Positions 55,462 to 64,000 of a stretch of DNA of 64,000 nucleotides are shown one piece after another; position 1 is the stretch's first letter, and every line of letters begins with the position of its first letter. Below the pieces are notes generated by a model that was not told the origin of the DNA, did no database searches, and saw only the letters and a program-made list of their open reading frames with translations. The position numbers were made by a program, and so were the translations under genes. Source of the DNA: Vulcanimicrobiota bacterium (lineage in GTDB: Bacteria > Vulcanimicrobiota > Xenobia > Xenobiales > JADMJV01). The stretch lies in assembly GCA_050250895.1 (NCBI GenBank), contig JBFWNU010000002.1:352001-416000 (forward strand). The letters are read 5' to 3'.

Positions 55462-57527
55462 ATTGGTCGACGGTCTGGACGGTTCTCTATCACGAGCTGC
55501 GGATGGTGTTTCGCGACCATCGCACCATCGTGTTATCGGTCATCTTGCCTATCGGGTTGATGCCGGTGCTGTTGATGGCCGCCCAGGCCATTCACGCCCG
55601 TCGCTCCGGTGGGCTTTCGCAACCGATCTACCTCTATTGTCTGCAAGGCGAACCCTCGCCCAAGTTACGCCAGTTCTTGGGTCGGCGCCTCGACGGTCGC
55701 AAGTTCAAAGAGTCGCTAGAAGATCAGGCCGAGCGAGCCTTGCTGCGCGGCGACATCGATTTCATCTTATTTGCCGAGACTCATCAGCAGACCCTCGAGC
55801 GCGAGCGGCAACACAAGGCCGAGCCACCTGACTCCGAAGAGATCCGCCCGGCCAGCGAGGCGCGGCGGCTCAAGGGGGTGCCGGTCGTCCGGATCGCTTT
55901 CCGAGCCGATCAAGATCGCTCCATCCGAGCCTATCAAGAGATTCGGGAAGCCTTGCTCGAGGTCAAAGCCGAAGTGGTGGAAGAGCAGCTGGCCGAACGG
56001 GGCTTCGTCACCCCGCCCCGGGGGCTGTTTCCCGTCGAGGAGCACAACCTGGCTACCAATGCCGAGGTGACCGGGGCCATGTTGGGCCCTTACATGACGG
56101 CCTTCGTAGTCCTGTTGCTGCTGGGCGGCGGCTCGGTGGCGGCTATGGATATCCTGGCTGGAGAGAAAGAGCGCGGCTCGATGGAAACGCTGCTGACCTC
56201 GGCTGCCCGCCGGGAGGAGATCGTGTTGGCCAAGCAGTTGGCGGTGCTGGCCGTGGCGGGCTTGATCGCGATCATCCAGGTGATCAACGTCCTATTTTAC
56301 GTGACTTTTCGCCTGATCGACCTGCCCCCCACCTTCCAGCTTTCGGTGCCTCCCATGGCGGTGCTGGCCTTGCTGCTGGTCTTCGGTGGACTGGCCGCCT
56401 TGCTGGCCGCCCTGCTGTTGGCCGTGTCCGGACGCACTTCGAGCTACAAAGAGGCCCAGCTCATCTACTTTCCTGTGTTTGTGGTTTGCGTGGTGCTGGC
56501 TCTTTCAGGAGCGCTGCCCGAAGTGACCTCGCGGAGCGCCATCTGCCTGGTGCCGGTGGCCAACACCGGCATCGCCGTCAAAGAGATCTTCGTGGGACGA
56601 TTCGATTGGCCGTTCCTGCTGTTGGGGGTGGTGGCCAACGTGCTGATGGCGAGCTGGTTGGTTGCCTACACCACCCGCATGCTCACCTCCGAAGAACTGG
56701 TAACTCAGGGCGAGGCCGCTTCCAGCCTGGATCGCGATCAGCATTTCGGGGGCCGGGTGCTGGGCTGGTATGGTCTGATGGCCGCGGCTCTGCTGGTCAT
56801 TCCCCCCAACGTCGAAGCCCTGGCCGGCCTTACCGGCCAGGTTCTGTTCAATCAGCTGGTCTTGTTCGGACTGTGCCCCCTCCTGATGATTCGGGCCTAC
56901 GGCCTCGACTTTCGCCAGGCTCTGGCCCTGCGGCCCTTCAAGCCAGCCGTCTTGTTGGCTGTGCTGCTCTTGATCCCGTCGAGTCAGCTGGCCGCCACCG
57001 GTCTGGGCATCCTTCTCGATAAGGTGCTGCCGATGCCGCGCTCGATGGCCGAAGAGATGGCCAAAATGCTGCTGCCCGAGAACGTCACTCTAACCTGGCT
57101 GATCGTGATGATCGCGATTCTGCCCGGCATCTTCGAAGAGCTAGCTTTTCGCGGGCTTCTCCTCTATGGTCTGCGCCGCCGTCTGCGGCCGCTGACGCTC
57201 GCCCTGGCGGTCGGGGTGATTTTTGGGCTCTTTCACATGTCCATCTACCGTATCTTGCCCACCGCCTTCATCGGCACCCTGCTCACCGCCGTGGCCCTGT
57301 TGACCGGCTCGATCTTCCCAGGGATGCTGGCCCACGTTGGCAACAATGCCCTGGGCGTGTGGGCCTTTCGCAACGACCTGTCGTTTACCGAGTTTCCGGC
57401 GTGGGTCTATTTCCTGGCCGTGGGGATGCAGGTCCTGGCCTTCTACATCCTCTATCGCAATCGCACGCCTTACCCCGGGCTGTTGGCCTGGCGCAAGCCT
57501 ACCACAGAGACTCGAGCTTCTCCTTGA
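55458..57527 (+). CDS. NatB-like permease fused to a CPBP/Abi intramembrane protease domain
   Basis: AGEKERGSMETLL; EELAFRG, FGLFH, H..NN. Confidence 0.9.
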   Translation: MNWSTVWTVLYHELRMVFRDHRTIVLSVILPIGLMPVLLMAAQAIHARRSGGLSQPIYLYCLQGEPSPKLRQFLGRRLDGRKFKESLEDQAERALLRGDIDFILFAETHQQTLERERQHKAEPPDSEEIRPASEARRLKGVPVVRIAFRADQDRSIRAYQEIREALLEVKAEVVEEQLAERGFVTPPRGLFPVEEHNLATNAEVTGAMLGPYMTAFVVLLLLGGGSVAAMDILAGEKERGSMETLLTSAARREEIVLAKQLAVLAVAGLIAIIQVINVLFYVTFRLIDLPPTFQLSVPPMAVLALLLVFGGLAALLAALLLAVSGRTSSYKEAQLIYFPVFVVCVVLALSGALPEVTSRSAICLVPVANTGIAVKEIFVGRFDWPFLLLGVVANVLMASWLVAYTTRMLTSEELVTQGEAASSLDRDQHFGGRVLGWYGLMAAALLVIPPNVEALAGLTGQVLFNQLVLFGLCPLLMIRAYGLDFRQALALRPFKPAVLLAVLLLIPSSQLAATGLGILLDKVLPMPRSMAEEMAKMLLPENVTLTWLIVMIAILPGIFEELAFRGLLLYGLRRRLRPLTLALAVGVIFGLFHMSIYRILPTAFIGTLLTAVALLTGSIFPGMLAHVGNNALGVWAFRNDLSFTEFPAWVYFLAVGMQVLAFYILYRNRTPYPGLLAWRKPTTETRASP

Positions 57528-57858
57528 GGGCGGCCGGGTTGAACGGCTTGAAGATGACCCCGGCCAGACCTTCGGGCAGCGGTTTGCCGGCGAAGGCATG
57601 GCGGTCGGCCGTATAGATCAAGATGGGGATGGTTCGGTGGGCGGGCTCTTCTCGCAACCGGACCAAGGTGCCCAGACCATCGAGCTCAGGCATGTGATAG
57701 TCGAGCAAGATAGCGTCGGGAGCCTCGATCCGCACCCGGGCCAGCGCTTCTTCCCCCGAGCTGGCCTGGGTGATTTTCCAGTCGGTCACCAGCTCGAGAG
57801 AAAGGCGGACCAATTCGCGGATCTGTTGCTCGTCGTCGACCACCAGGATTGTGCGCAT
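57499..57858 (-). CDS. single-domain response regulator
   Basis: LVVDDE, LDYHMP..DG, TA, KPF. Confidence 0.92.
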   Translation of the reverse strand: MRTILVVDDEQQIRELVRLSLELVTDWKITQASSGEEALARVRIEAPDAILLDYHMPELDGLGTLVRLREEPAHRTIPILIYTADRHAFAGKPLPEGLAGVIFKPFNPAALKEKLESLW

Positions 57859-57965
57859 GGCCGAGACTTTTGGTCGCGGTCGAAAACATCCTTCCCACCG
57901 GCGGTTAACCCGGTTGTTACATTCGAGCGCGAGGCGGTCGCTAGAGTAGTCATGAGGGACCACCA

Positions 57966-58334
57966 ATGCAGCTCACTTTTCAACGCAGCTTCACCAATTT
58001 GATTGTTCGCATCACCACCTTCGTGGCCGCCATCCTGGCGCTTTTGGTGGGACCCCTGGTGGGAGCTGGAGCGGCCGCGCTCACTGGCGCCGGCCTCGAG
58101 ACCGACGAAAATCGATCGGTGATGGGAGGGCCGGCCTCGTGGCTGGCGCGCGAATTTCGCATGACCATTCTCGAGCACTCGCGCAGTCGCTTGTTGGCGG
58201 CCCTTATTGCGGTGCCGGCAGGCCTCACGCTGGGTCTGCTCACCGGCCCGTTGTGGTTTCACTTCCTGTCGACCGAGGCCGCCCGCTGTGTGGGAGAGAA
58301 CGTGGCCGAACGACTGGTCGGCACCCTGCCTTAA
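57966..58334 (+). CDS. hypothetical membrane protein
   Basis: Two hydrophobic Gly-rich segments; fills the gap between flanking genes. Confidence 0.6.
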   Translation: MQLTFQRSFTNLIVRITTFVAAILALLVGPLVGAGAAALTGAGLETDENRSVMGGPASWLAREFRMTILEHSRSRLLAALIAVPAGLTLGLLTGPLWFHFLSTEAARCVGENVAERLVGTLP

Positions 58335-59599
58335 GGCCGCGTCTGGCCGTCGCCGCGCACCACGTACTTGTAAGTAGTCAACTGTTCGACCCCCACCGGA
58401 CCCCGCGCGTGCAATCGTCCGGTGGCGATCCCGATCTCTGCGCCCATGCCGAACTCGCCACCGTCGGCGAACTGGGTCGAGGCGTTGTGCAGCACGATGG
58501 CGCTGTCGACCCCGTTCAAGAACGCCTCGACGGCAGCCGGATCCTCGGCCACGATGCATTCGGTGTGACCAGAGCCGTAGCGATGGATCCAGTCGACCGC
58601 CTCTTCGACATCGTCAACCAGCTTGACCGACAGAATGGCGTCAAGATACTCCGTGCTCCAATCCTCCTCGCCGGCTGGTTTGAGACGCGAGTCGAGGGAG
58701 CAGGCCTGGTCATCACCCCGCACTTCGCAACCCAGCTGGCTGAGAAAGTCCATCAGGGGCGGCAACAGCTCTGGCGCCGCGACCCGGTCGATCAATAGCG
58801 ATTCGGTGGCCCCGCAAATACCCGTGCGGCGCATCTTGGCGTTGACGGTCACGGCCATCGCCTTGGAAGGGTCGGCACTGCGGTGGAGATAGGTGTGGCA
58901 GTTGCCGTCGAGATGCTCGAAGGTGGGGATGCGGCTCTCTTCGATGACCCGCTGGATGAGGTTCTTGCCGCCTCGGGGCACGATGACATCGACATACTCG
59001 TGCATACGCAGCAGGATCCCCACCGCTTCGCGATCCTGAGTAGGTACCAGCGAGACGCAGCCCGCCGGCAGGCCAGCCGCCTGCAGGCCCTCGGCCAGGC
59101 ACTCCATGATGGCCCGGGCCGAGTGGGCGCTCTCGGAGCCTCCGCGCAGGATGGCCGCGTTGCCCGATTTGAGGCACAATCCGGCCGCATCGGCGGTCAC
59201 GTTGGGTCGCGACTCGTAGATGATGCCGATCACCCCCAGCGGAATGCTGCGTCGCTCGATCCTTAGCCCGTTGGGGCGCTCCCAGGCGGCCAGGGTCCGG
59301 CCCAGGGGATCCTCGAGTTCGGCGATCTGCTCGAGCCCGGCGGCCATGGCTTCGACCCTTTTGGCGTCGAGTTGCAGGCGGTCGAGAAAGGCTCCCGAGA
59401 TGCCTTTGGCCCGGGCCGCCTCCAGGTCGCCAGTGTTGGCCTCGAGGATGCCGGCCTGGTGCTCACGCAGGGCGCGGGCGGCGGCCTGAAGGGCTGCATC
59501 GCGGGCGCTGCGAGGCGAGCGAGCCAGTTGGCGGGCGGCCTGGCGGGCCTGGCGGCCCAGTTGATGCATCTGTGCTTCGAGAGTCAAAGTGGCTTCCAT
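58331..59599 (-). CDS. proA: gamma-glutamyl phosphate reductase
   Basis: IIYESRPNVT, PRGG, GICGA.E, NASTQFADG, HARGPVG. Confidence 0.96.
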   Translation of the reverse strand: MEATLTLEAQMHQLGRQARQAARQLARSPRSARDAALQAAARALREHQAGILEANTGDLEAARAKGISGAFLDRLQLDAKRVEAMAAGLEQIAELEDPLGRTLAAWERPNGLRIERRSIPLGVIGIIYESRPNVTADAAGLCLKSGNAAILRGGSESAHSARAIMECLAEGLQAAGLPAGCVSLVPTQDREAVGILLRMHEYVDVIVPRGGKNLIQRVIEESRIPTFEHLDGNCHTYLHRSADPSKAMAVTVNAKMRRTGICGATESLLIDRVAAPELLPPLMDFLSQLGCEVRGDDQACSLDSRLKPAGEEDWSTEYLDAILSVKLVDDVEEAVDWIHRYGSGHTECIVAEDPAAVEAFLNGVDSAIVLHNASTQFADGGEFGMGAEIGIATGRLHARGPVGVEQLTTYKYVVRGDGQTRP

Positions 59600-59608
59600 A
59601 GCCACTCT

Positions 59609-61048
59609 TTACCCCGGCGAGGATTGGCTTAACCGGCGCGCCTGGCGCCGCAAGAAGGGGGGCAGCTGCTGGCCGTCGCTGGCCAAATCCGCTGCGAGCT
59701 CGGTGGCCAGGGCCGGATCGAACTCAAGCAACAGCTGCCCCAAGCGGGTCGGCGCCAGGCCGCTGGTGGCGGCGGTGCGTTCGAAGAGCCAGTCGGAAAA
59801 GCTCAGAAAGCGGTCAAACGGGCGCTCGCCCAGCAGCCTGCCGATGGTCCTGGGAAAGCGCCCCTGATTGGCCACCAGGTCCCAAAAGCGAGCAAAGCGC
59901 CCCATCCGTTGCATGGTGGCGAAATCGAGGGTCGAATTGGATAACAGAGAGTAGGGCGGGCTGGGGTCGTAGACCATCGAGAACGCCTGGTCGTGGCGCC
60001 CGATGGGAGTGCCTCGCAGTCGCTTGAGAATGCCCACCTGGATCTCTTGCGGACCCAGGGCCACCAGCCGGTCAAAGCCCCGGCCGAAGCTTTCGAGAGT
60101 CTCGCCCGGTAGGCCCACAATCAGGTCGGCATGCACGTGCACTCCCGTCTCGTCTCGCAGAAAGCGCAGGTTCTCTTCGAGTCGCTGGTAGTGCTGGCGC
60201 CGCGAGATGCGCTCGCCCACCTCGGGGTCAAAGGTCTGGATGCCCACTTCGAACTGCAGGGCCCCGGCGGGAAACCGCCGGATCGTCTCGCGCAGGGCCT
60301 CGGGCAGCCGGTCGGGGATCATCTCGAAGTGGCAGAACATGCCCGGACGATAGCGTTTCAGGAAGAACTCGAGGATGGCCTGGCTGGTCTCGACCTTGAG
60401 GTTGAAGGTGCGGTCCACGAACTTGAAGCGCAAGGCCCCGCGATCAAGCAGGCGCTCGAACTCTTCCAAGAGTGGCTCGAGGGGGAAGCTGCGCACGGCC
60501 TTGTCCAACGACGACAGGCAGAACTCGCAGCGGAAAGGGCAGCCCCGCGAGGCCTCGACATAGACGACCCGCTGGCGCAGATCCTGCTGGCTATAAAGAG
60601 AGTAGGGGAGAGCCAGTTGCTCGAGGGGCGGCAAACCCCCGGCCTGCACCTTGTCGGGTCGTTGGCCACCCAAAAGGGCCTGGCAGAGGCGGGGCAAGGC
60701 CACCTCACCCTCGCCGGTGACCACATAGTCGGCCGCCTCGACCAGGGGCTGATCGAGTTCGTGGCTGACCTCGGGACCGCCCACGATGACTGGCAAATCG
60801 GGCCGCAACCGCTTGAGCAGGCGCACCGTCTCGAGGGCAGGGGCGGCGTTCCAGATGTAGCAAGACAATCCCACCAGCCGGGGACCGTAGCCCAGGAGCT
60901 TCTCGACGAAGTCGACCGGACGCTCTTTGATGGTCGACTCGAGCAGCCGACTGCTCAGCTCACCCAGGTTGGCCTGCAGATAACGCAAGCCGAAGGCCGC
61001 ATGGATATAGCGGGCGTTCTGGGTGGCCAGGACCAGGTCGACGGTCAC
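59609..61048 (-). CDS. B12-binding radical SAM protein (DUF4080-type)
   Basis: [33 protein letters not shown]; GTG overlaps the upstream stop. Confidence 0.92.
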   Translation of the reverse strand: MTVDLVLATQNARYIHAAFGLRYLQANLGELSSRLLESTIKERPVDFVEKLLGYGPRLVGLSCYIWNAAPALETVRLLKRLRPDLPVIVGGPEVSHELDQPLVEAADYVVTGEGEVALPRLCQALLGGQRPDKVQAGGLPPLEQLALPYSLYSQQDLRQRVVYVEASRGCPFRCEFCLSSLDKAVRSFPLEPLLEEFERLLDRGALRFKFVDRTFNLKVETSQAILEFFLKRYRPGMFCHFEMIPDRLPEALRETIRRFPAGALQFEVGIQTFDPEVGERISRRQHYQRLEENLRFLRDETGVHVHADLIVGLPGETLESFGRGFDRLVALGPQEIQVGILKRLRGTPIGRHDQAFSMVYDPSPPYSLLSNSTLDFATMQRMGRFARFWDLVANQGRFPRTIGRLLGERPFDRFLSFSDWLFERTAATSGLAPTRLGQLLLEFDPALATELAADLASDGQQLPPFLRRQARRLSQSSPG

Positions 61049-61395
61049 ATCCAGATGTTCTTGGCGTCGATCGAGCCGTCCCAGTCGCGCCCGCCGTGGA
61101 CCCTCAGGACCTTGCCGACATGGCCCTGAAAGGCCTTCCATTGGCCCTCAGGAGTGATGACTTCGTCCTTGAACTTGCCATCTTTGAGCTGCTGGCGCTG
61201 GATGACCACCGTGTCTTGTTTGATGTAGATCCAGTTCTGGCGCAACTTGGGGTCGTCTTCGACCCGCGCCACCCCGATGCGTTGTTCCTTGGGGTCGACA
61301 TCGACCACCCGAAACTCGCCCGTGACGGTCAGCATCTGGGCCTGGCTCGGGGCCAGGCTCAGCAAGACCAACACCAACAAATAGATTCTACGCAT
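61045..61395 (-). CDS. small exported beta (OB-like) protein
   Basis: GAGGTG RBS; signal peptide ending SQA|Q. Confidence 0.78.
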   Translation of the reverse strand: MRRIYLLVLVLLSLAPSQAQMLTVTGEFRVVDVDPKEQRIGVARVEDDPKLRQNWIYIKQDTVVIQRQQLKDGKFKDEVITPEGQWKAFQGHVGKVLRVHGGRDWDGSIDAKNIWM

Positions 61396-61412
61396 ATTCA
61401 CCTCAGGATATG

Positions 61413-61436
61413 AAAAAGGCCCCGGTGGGGGGCCTA
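61413..61436 (-). terminator. intrinsic terminator after tRNA-Asn
   Basis: AGGCCCC-loop-GGGGCCTTTTT. Confidence 0.8.
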
Positions 61437-61511
61437 TGGCTCCGACGGTTGGATTTGAACCAACGACCAACCGGTTAACAGCCGGTTGCTCTACCACTGA
61501 GCTACGTCGGA
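61437..61511 (-). tRNA. tRNA-Asn (GTT)
   Basis: TCCGACG...CGTCGGA-GCCA cloverleaf, anticodon loop CT-GTT-AA, encoded CCA; TGcTATAAT upstream. Confidence 0.97.
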
Positions 61512-61648
61512 TCGCGTCATCAGTTTCTGGTTTGTGATTATAGCACGGTGATCCAGGGCTGTAAACCCCTATGGGGACGTGACGGAAAGTCAGTCGTGGA
61601 GCGGGAATGTCCTGGTTTTGTCAGAATCATTCGGACAGGAGGATATCC

Positions 61649-62083
61649 ATGCAGAAATCTTTTCGTCTGTTCCTGACGCTCTTGCTGAGCCTGTCCATGG
61701 CCGTGGCCGCACTGGCCGAATCCGAGACTCACAAAAAGCTCAACGCCGGCTCCGAGGGGGAGGTCATCAACTTGAAGCCTCACCTCGTCGGGGGCAAGAC
61801 CAACATCATCGATTTTTATAGCGATTACTGCCCGCCCTGTCGGGCTGTGGCCCCCTATCTCGAGAAACTGGCCGCCAAAGACCCTGACGTGGTGGTCGGC
61901 AAGGTCGACATCAACCGCCCCGGCCACCGCGGCATCGATTGGAAGTCGCCGGTCGCCGAGCAGTTCGGCCTGCAGAGCGTACCTCACTTCAAGGTCTATG
62001 ACGGCACCGGCAAGCTGGTTGCCGAAGGCGACGAGGCCCGCCAGATGGTGATCGAGTTGCTCGAGAAGAACAAGATCGAATAG
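61649..62083 (+). CDS. exported thioredoxin-family protein
   Basis: Signal peptide; DFYSDYCPPC; SVP cis-Pro loop. Confidence 0.9.
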   Translation: MQKSFRLFLTLLLSLSMAVAALAESETHKKLNAGSEGEVINLKPHLVGGKTNIIDFYSDYCPPCRAVAPYLEKLAAKDPDVVVGKVDINRPGHRGIDWKSPVAEQFGLQSVPHFKVYDGTGKLVAEGDEARQMVIELLEKNKIE

Positions 62084-62100
62084 GCCCGAGAAGGCCGCGC

Positions 62101-62709
62101 ATGCGCGCTAATCTACTGATACTCGGCTTCTTTTTAGCGGTCTGCGCCTGCCTGTTTGCACCCCCCGAGACCGCGCTCGAAACCCCGTCGCCGATTTGGT
62201 CGGTGGACGGGGTTTCGCTCGGCATGACGGCCGACCAGGTGCGGACTGTCTGGGGCGACCTCGAGGAGAGCAGCCTCTCCGATGGCCTGCGATGCCTCCA
62301 TAAGTCTGGCCGGGCCTGGGATGGGACTAATTTCGCCTGGTTTGATCCCGAAGGACGAGTGCATTGCGTCACCGGCCACCGGCTTAGGCGCGGCCAGCAA
62401 TTGCTGGTTTCGACCGGCATGGACTTCGACCCGGTCGAACTCGGCGAACCGATTGCCGACCCTCGCATCAGCGTGTGCGGCGACGGGGTTGGGGTCGTGC
62501 GGGACAAGTGGTTCCAACTGGAAAGCGATGTCCTGGTCCAGGTCGAGGGACTCTCCTTGGAGTCTGTCGAGTTGCCTCCCGGAACCGACCGCGCGAAGAT
62601 TCTGGCGGCTCATCCCCAGTTTGGTCGCGTCAGCGCGGTGACCCTGCGCCGCCGCGAACTGCGGTCGCTTCTGTCCGAGGCTCCGCCCTGGTCTTCCGCG
62701 CGGAAGTAG
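62101..62709 (+). CDS. hypothetical membrane-anchored protein
   Basis: N-terminal TM; VDGVSLGMT..QV...WG motif. Confidence 0.65.
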   Translation: MRANLLILGFFLAVCACLFAPPETALETPSPIWSVDGVSLGMTADQVRTVWGDLEESSLSDGLRCLHKSGRAWDGTNFAWFDPEGRVHCVTGHRLRRGQQLLVSTGMDFDPVELGEPIADPRISVCGDGVGVVRDKWFQLESDVLVQVEGLSLESVELPPGTDRAKILAAHPQFGRVSAVTLRRRELRSLLSEAPPWSSARK

Positions 62710-62754
62710 GGCCCAACAGCGGGGTCTGGCCCGCCGGCGGGCGAAAGCGGATGC

Positions 62755-63174
62755 ATGCTTTGTGTCAACACCTATACTCAAGACTACATCGACGCCTGCA
62801 GGGCTCGCATCCAGACTCAGCTGGATGCCTATGGAGCGGTGGTCAACGCGGCTGCCGGCAAGGATGCGGTGGAAGGGGCTCTGCACACGTTCGAACCTCA
62901 CTTTTTCAACAACCTGGTGCTGGTGCTCGAGGGCTGCTTCGTGCACCGGGCTCGGGCCAAGGAGAAGAAGGACGGCAATCCCCTCAATGAGGTGCGAATG
63001 CTGAGCAACTCGCTGATGGCCGGGAGCTTTCTTGAAGAAGACAAGTCGATCAAGTATAAGCCCGACCAGTCGGTGCTGGGGTATGCGGTGGGCGACGAGA
63101 TTGGCTTGCACCGGGCCGAGTTCGAGCGGCTGGCGGCGGCCTTCTTCCGTGAGATCGAGGCGAAGTACCTCTAG
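62755..63174 (+). CDS. hypothetical protein
   Basis: Protein-like composition; FFNNLVLVL...FVHR.R...DGNPLNEVR. Confidence 0.8.
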   Translation: MLCVNTYTQDYIDACRARIQTQLDAYGAVVNAAAGKDAVEGALHTFEPHFFNNLVLVLEGCFVHRARAKEKKDGNPLNEVRMLSNSLMAGSFLEEDKSIKYKPDQSVLGYAVGDEIGLHRAEFERLAAAFFREIEAKYL

Positions 63175-63249
63175 GGGGCAACCGGATACGGCCCGTCGGC
63201 AAAGGTGTCGGCGTGATAACCTTTCATGCCGATGGCTGCCGTGATGGGG

Positions 63250-64000
63250 CTAAAAGACCGGTTGGCCCGTAGCTAATCGCTCGAGCACCGAGCCAAAATC
63301 GAAGCGAGGCTGCCACCCCAGTTCGCGCCGGGCCAGCTCGTTGACATAGACGCGGTCGAGGGTGGGCAGCATCTTCCAGCCCCTCTGAGCGAACAACTCG
63401 GGATAGTGGGGGAAGAGTTCGGCCACCACGGCTGGCGCGTCGTGGCCGAGCCGCTCGAGGTGCTCGGGGCCGAAGGGTGTGGTGGCGCTGATGATATAGC
63501 GGCCAAAGTCGATACGGCCAACCTTTTCGGCGGCCAGCCGGTGGGCCTCGACCACATCCTCGACCTCGACCCGGCGATAGAGGAATTCGTTGACCTTCAG
63601 GTTGAGGTCGTCAAAACCGTTGCGCCGCTCGGGGTTGTCATCGGCTTCGGGAAAAAAGCGAGAAGTGCGCAGCACCAGGGTGGGCAGACCAAAGGAGCGA
63701 GAGAAGAGTTCGCACAGGTCTTCGGCAGCTCGTTTGGTCACTCCGTAGATGTTCTTGGGAATCGGCTTGACCTCTTCGGTGATCCAGGTGGCCGGATTAC
63801 CGGCGGCGGGAGTGAGAGCCGCCCCGAAGACGCTGGTGGTGCTGGTGAAGACCAGACCCCGGCAGCCGTGTTTCCTGGCCGCCTCGAGCAGGTTGAGAGT
63901 GCCCGTGATGTTGGTGTCGACGAAGTCCTGGCGACTGTGGGTAGCCACGTGGGGCTTGTGCAGGGTGGCCGTGTGTAAAATCACCTCGACGCCCTGGCAA
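63250..64000 (-). CDS. NAD-dependent epimerase/dehydratase (extended SDR), start beyond the window
   Basis: HTATLHKPH, TSTTS, YGVTK (YxxxK). Confidence 0.9.
   Translation of the reverse strand, partial: CQGVEVILHTATLHKPHVATHSRQDFVDTNITGTLNLLEAARKHGCRGLVFTSTTSVFGAALTPAAGNPATWITEEVKPIPKNIYGVTKRAAEDLCELFSRSFGLPTLVLRTSRFFPEADDNPERRNGFDDLNLKVNEFLYRRVEVEDVVEAHRLAAEKVGRIDFGRYIISATTPFGPEHLERLGHDAPAVVAELFPHYPELFAQRGWKMLPTLDRVYVNELARRELGWQPRFDFGSVLERLATGQPVF

Noticed and set aside
61437-61511. tRNA-Asn as an integration site of an island
   Set aside because: No integrase or duplicated tRNA 3' end seen; the terminator follows directly

Overview
High-GC, gene-dense bacterial chromosomal window with no integrase, transposase, prophage or CRISPR that I can recognise. 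The mix of Firmicute-like floA/nat/metG genes, LPS-heptose gmhB, type IV pilus genes and many orphan proteins tentatively suggests Eremiobacterota/Vulcanimicrobiota (an impression, not tested). Housekeeping content: metG, ddl, proA, trmB, cmoA, speB-speE, ABC-F, natAB-like ABC, nfeD-floA-floA, minor pilins plus pilC, tRNA-Asn(GTT) and a probable 6S RNA. Most notable: (1) a ~1300-aa protein built from cytochrome-c-like modules in which the expected CxxCH sites have lost both Cys but mostly kept His; (2) a dispersed set of signal-peptide-less hydrolases and glycine-zipper proteins sharing a low-complexity leader with a D-x-(V/F) motif, possibly substrates of a one-step secretion route; (3) modular intergenic arrays of c(GNA)g DNA mini-hairpins; (4) several apparently leaderless genes; (5) apparent CTCGAG enrichment; (6) a decaying FitA/VapC module and an orphan CdiI. 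All family calls are by-eye motif recognition without database searches.
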